DNA of 20,000 nucleotides. Source: Spirogloea muscicola (Eukaryota). Location of the stretch: positions 110,483 to 130,482 of the forward strand of contig WELB01000002.1 of the NCBI GenBank assembly GCA_009602725.1, read 5' to 3'. How positions within the stretch are numbered: position 1 is the stretch's first letter; each line of letters begins with the position of its first letter. This document shows, one piece after another, positions 19,821-20,000 of the stretch. The notes beneath the pieces were generated by a model that did not search any database, was not told the DNA's origin, and was given only the letters and a program-made list of their open reading frames with translations. Both the position numbers and the translations under genes were made by a program.

Positions 19821-20000
19821 ATACACATAAGCTCCCGCAAGACGATGTTACAGATCGTCAATGCTAAGCAAATGGCATGCTATCTCGACAGTGAGCTCGT
19901 TCAGAGCTTGTACTCGATGCACATCCAAAGATTCAGCCTACTTCACAACGAAGAGGATGAGTGCACCGCACGATAATTGTCAAGAGTCACACCATGTGAG

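Overview
Eukaryotic, GC-rich region made almost entirely of nested transposable elements; no intact host gene, RNA gene or CRISPR array was found. A green-algal or similar origin is only an inference. The window holds about ten 5'-truncated copies of a CRE-clade-like non-LTR retrotransposon (CCHC finger plus restriction-like endonuclease, C-terminus ...L(T/S)RGY). It also holds four fragments of a gag-bearing element that begins with a very short (39-50 bp) TGTAA...TTACA unit, two ~700-bp solo LTRs with 5-bp TSDs, a decayed chromodomain-bearing Ty3/Gypsy element, two Ty1/Copia remnants and a probable piggyBac transposase remnant. The most striking pattern is that four independent CRE-like insertions fall within one ~35-bp palindrome-centred site in the 5' leader of three paralogous copies of the gag element. 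This suggests a retrotransposon that preferentially targets another retrotransposon. All alignments were done by eye, so boundaries of decayed elements are approximate.
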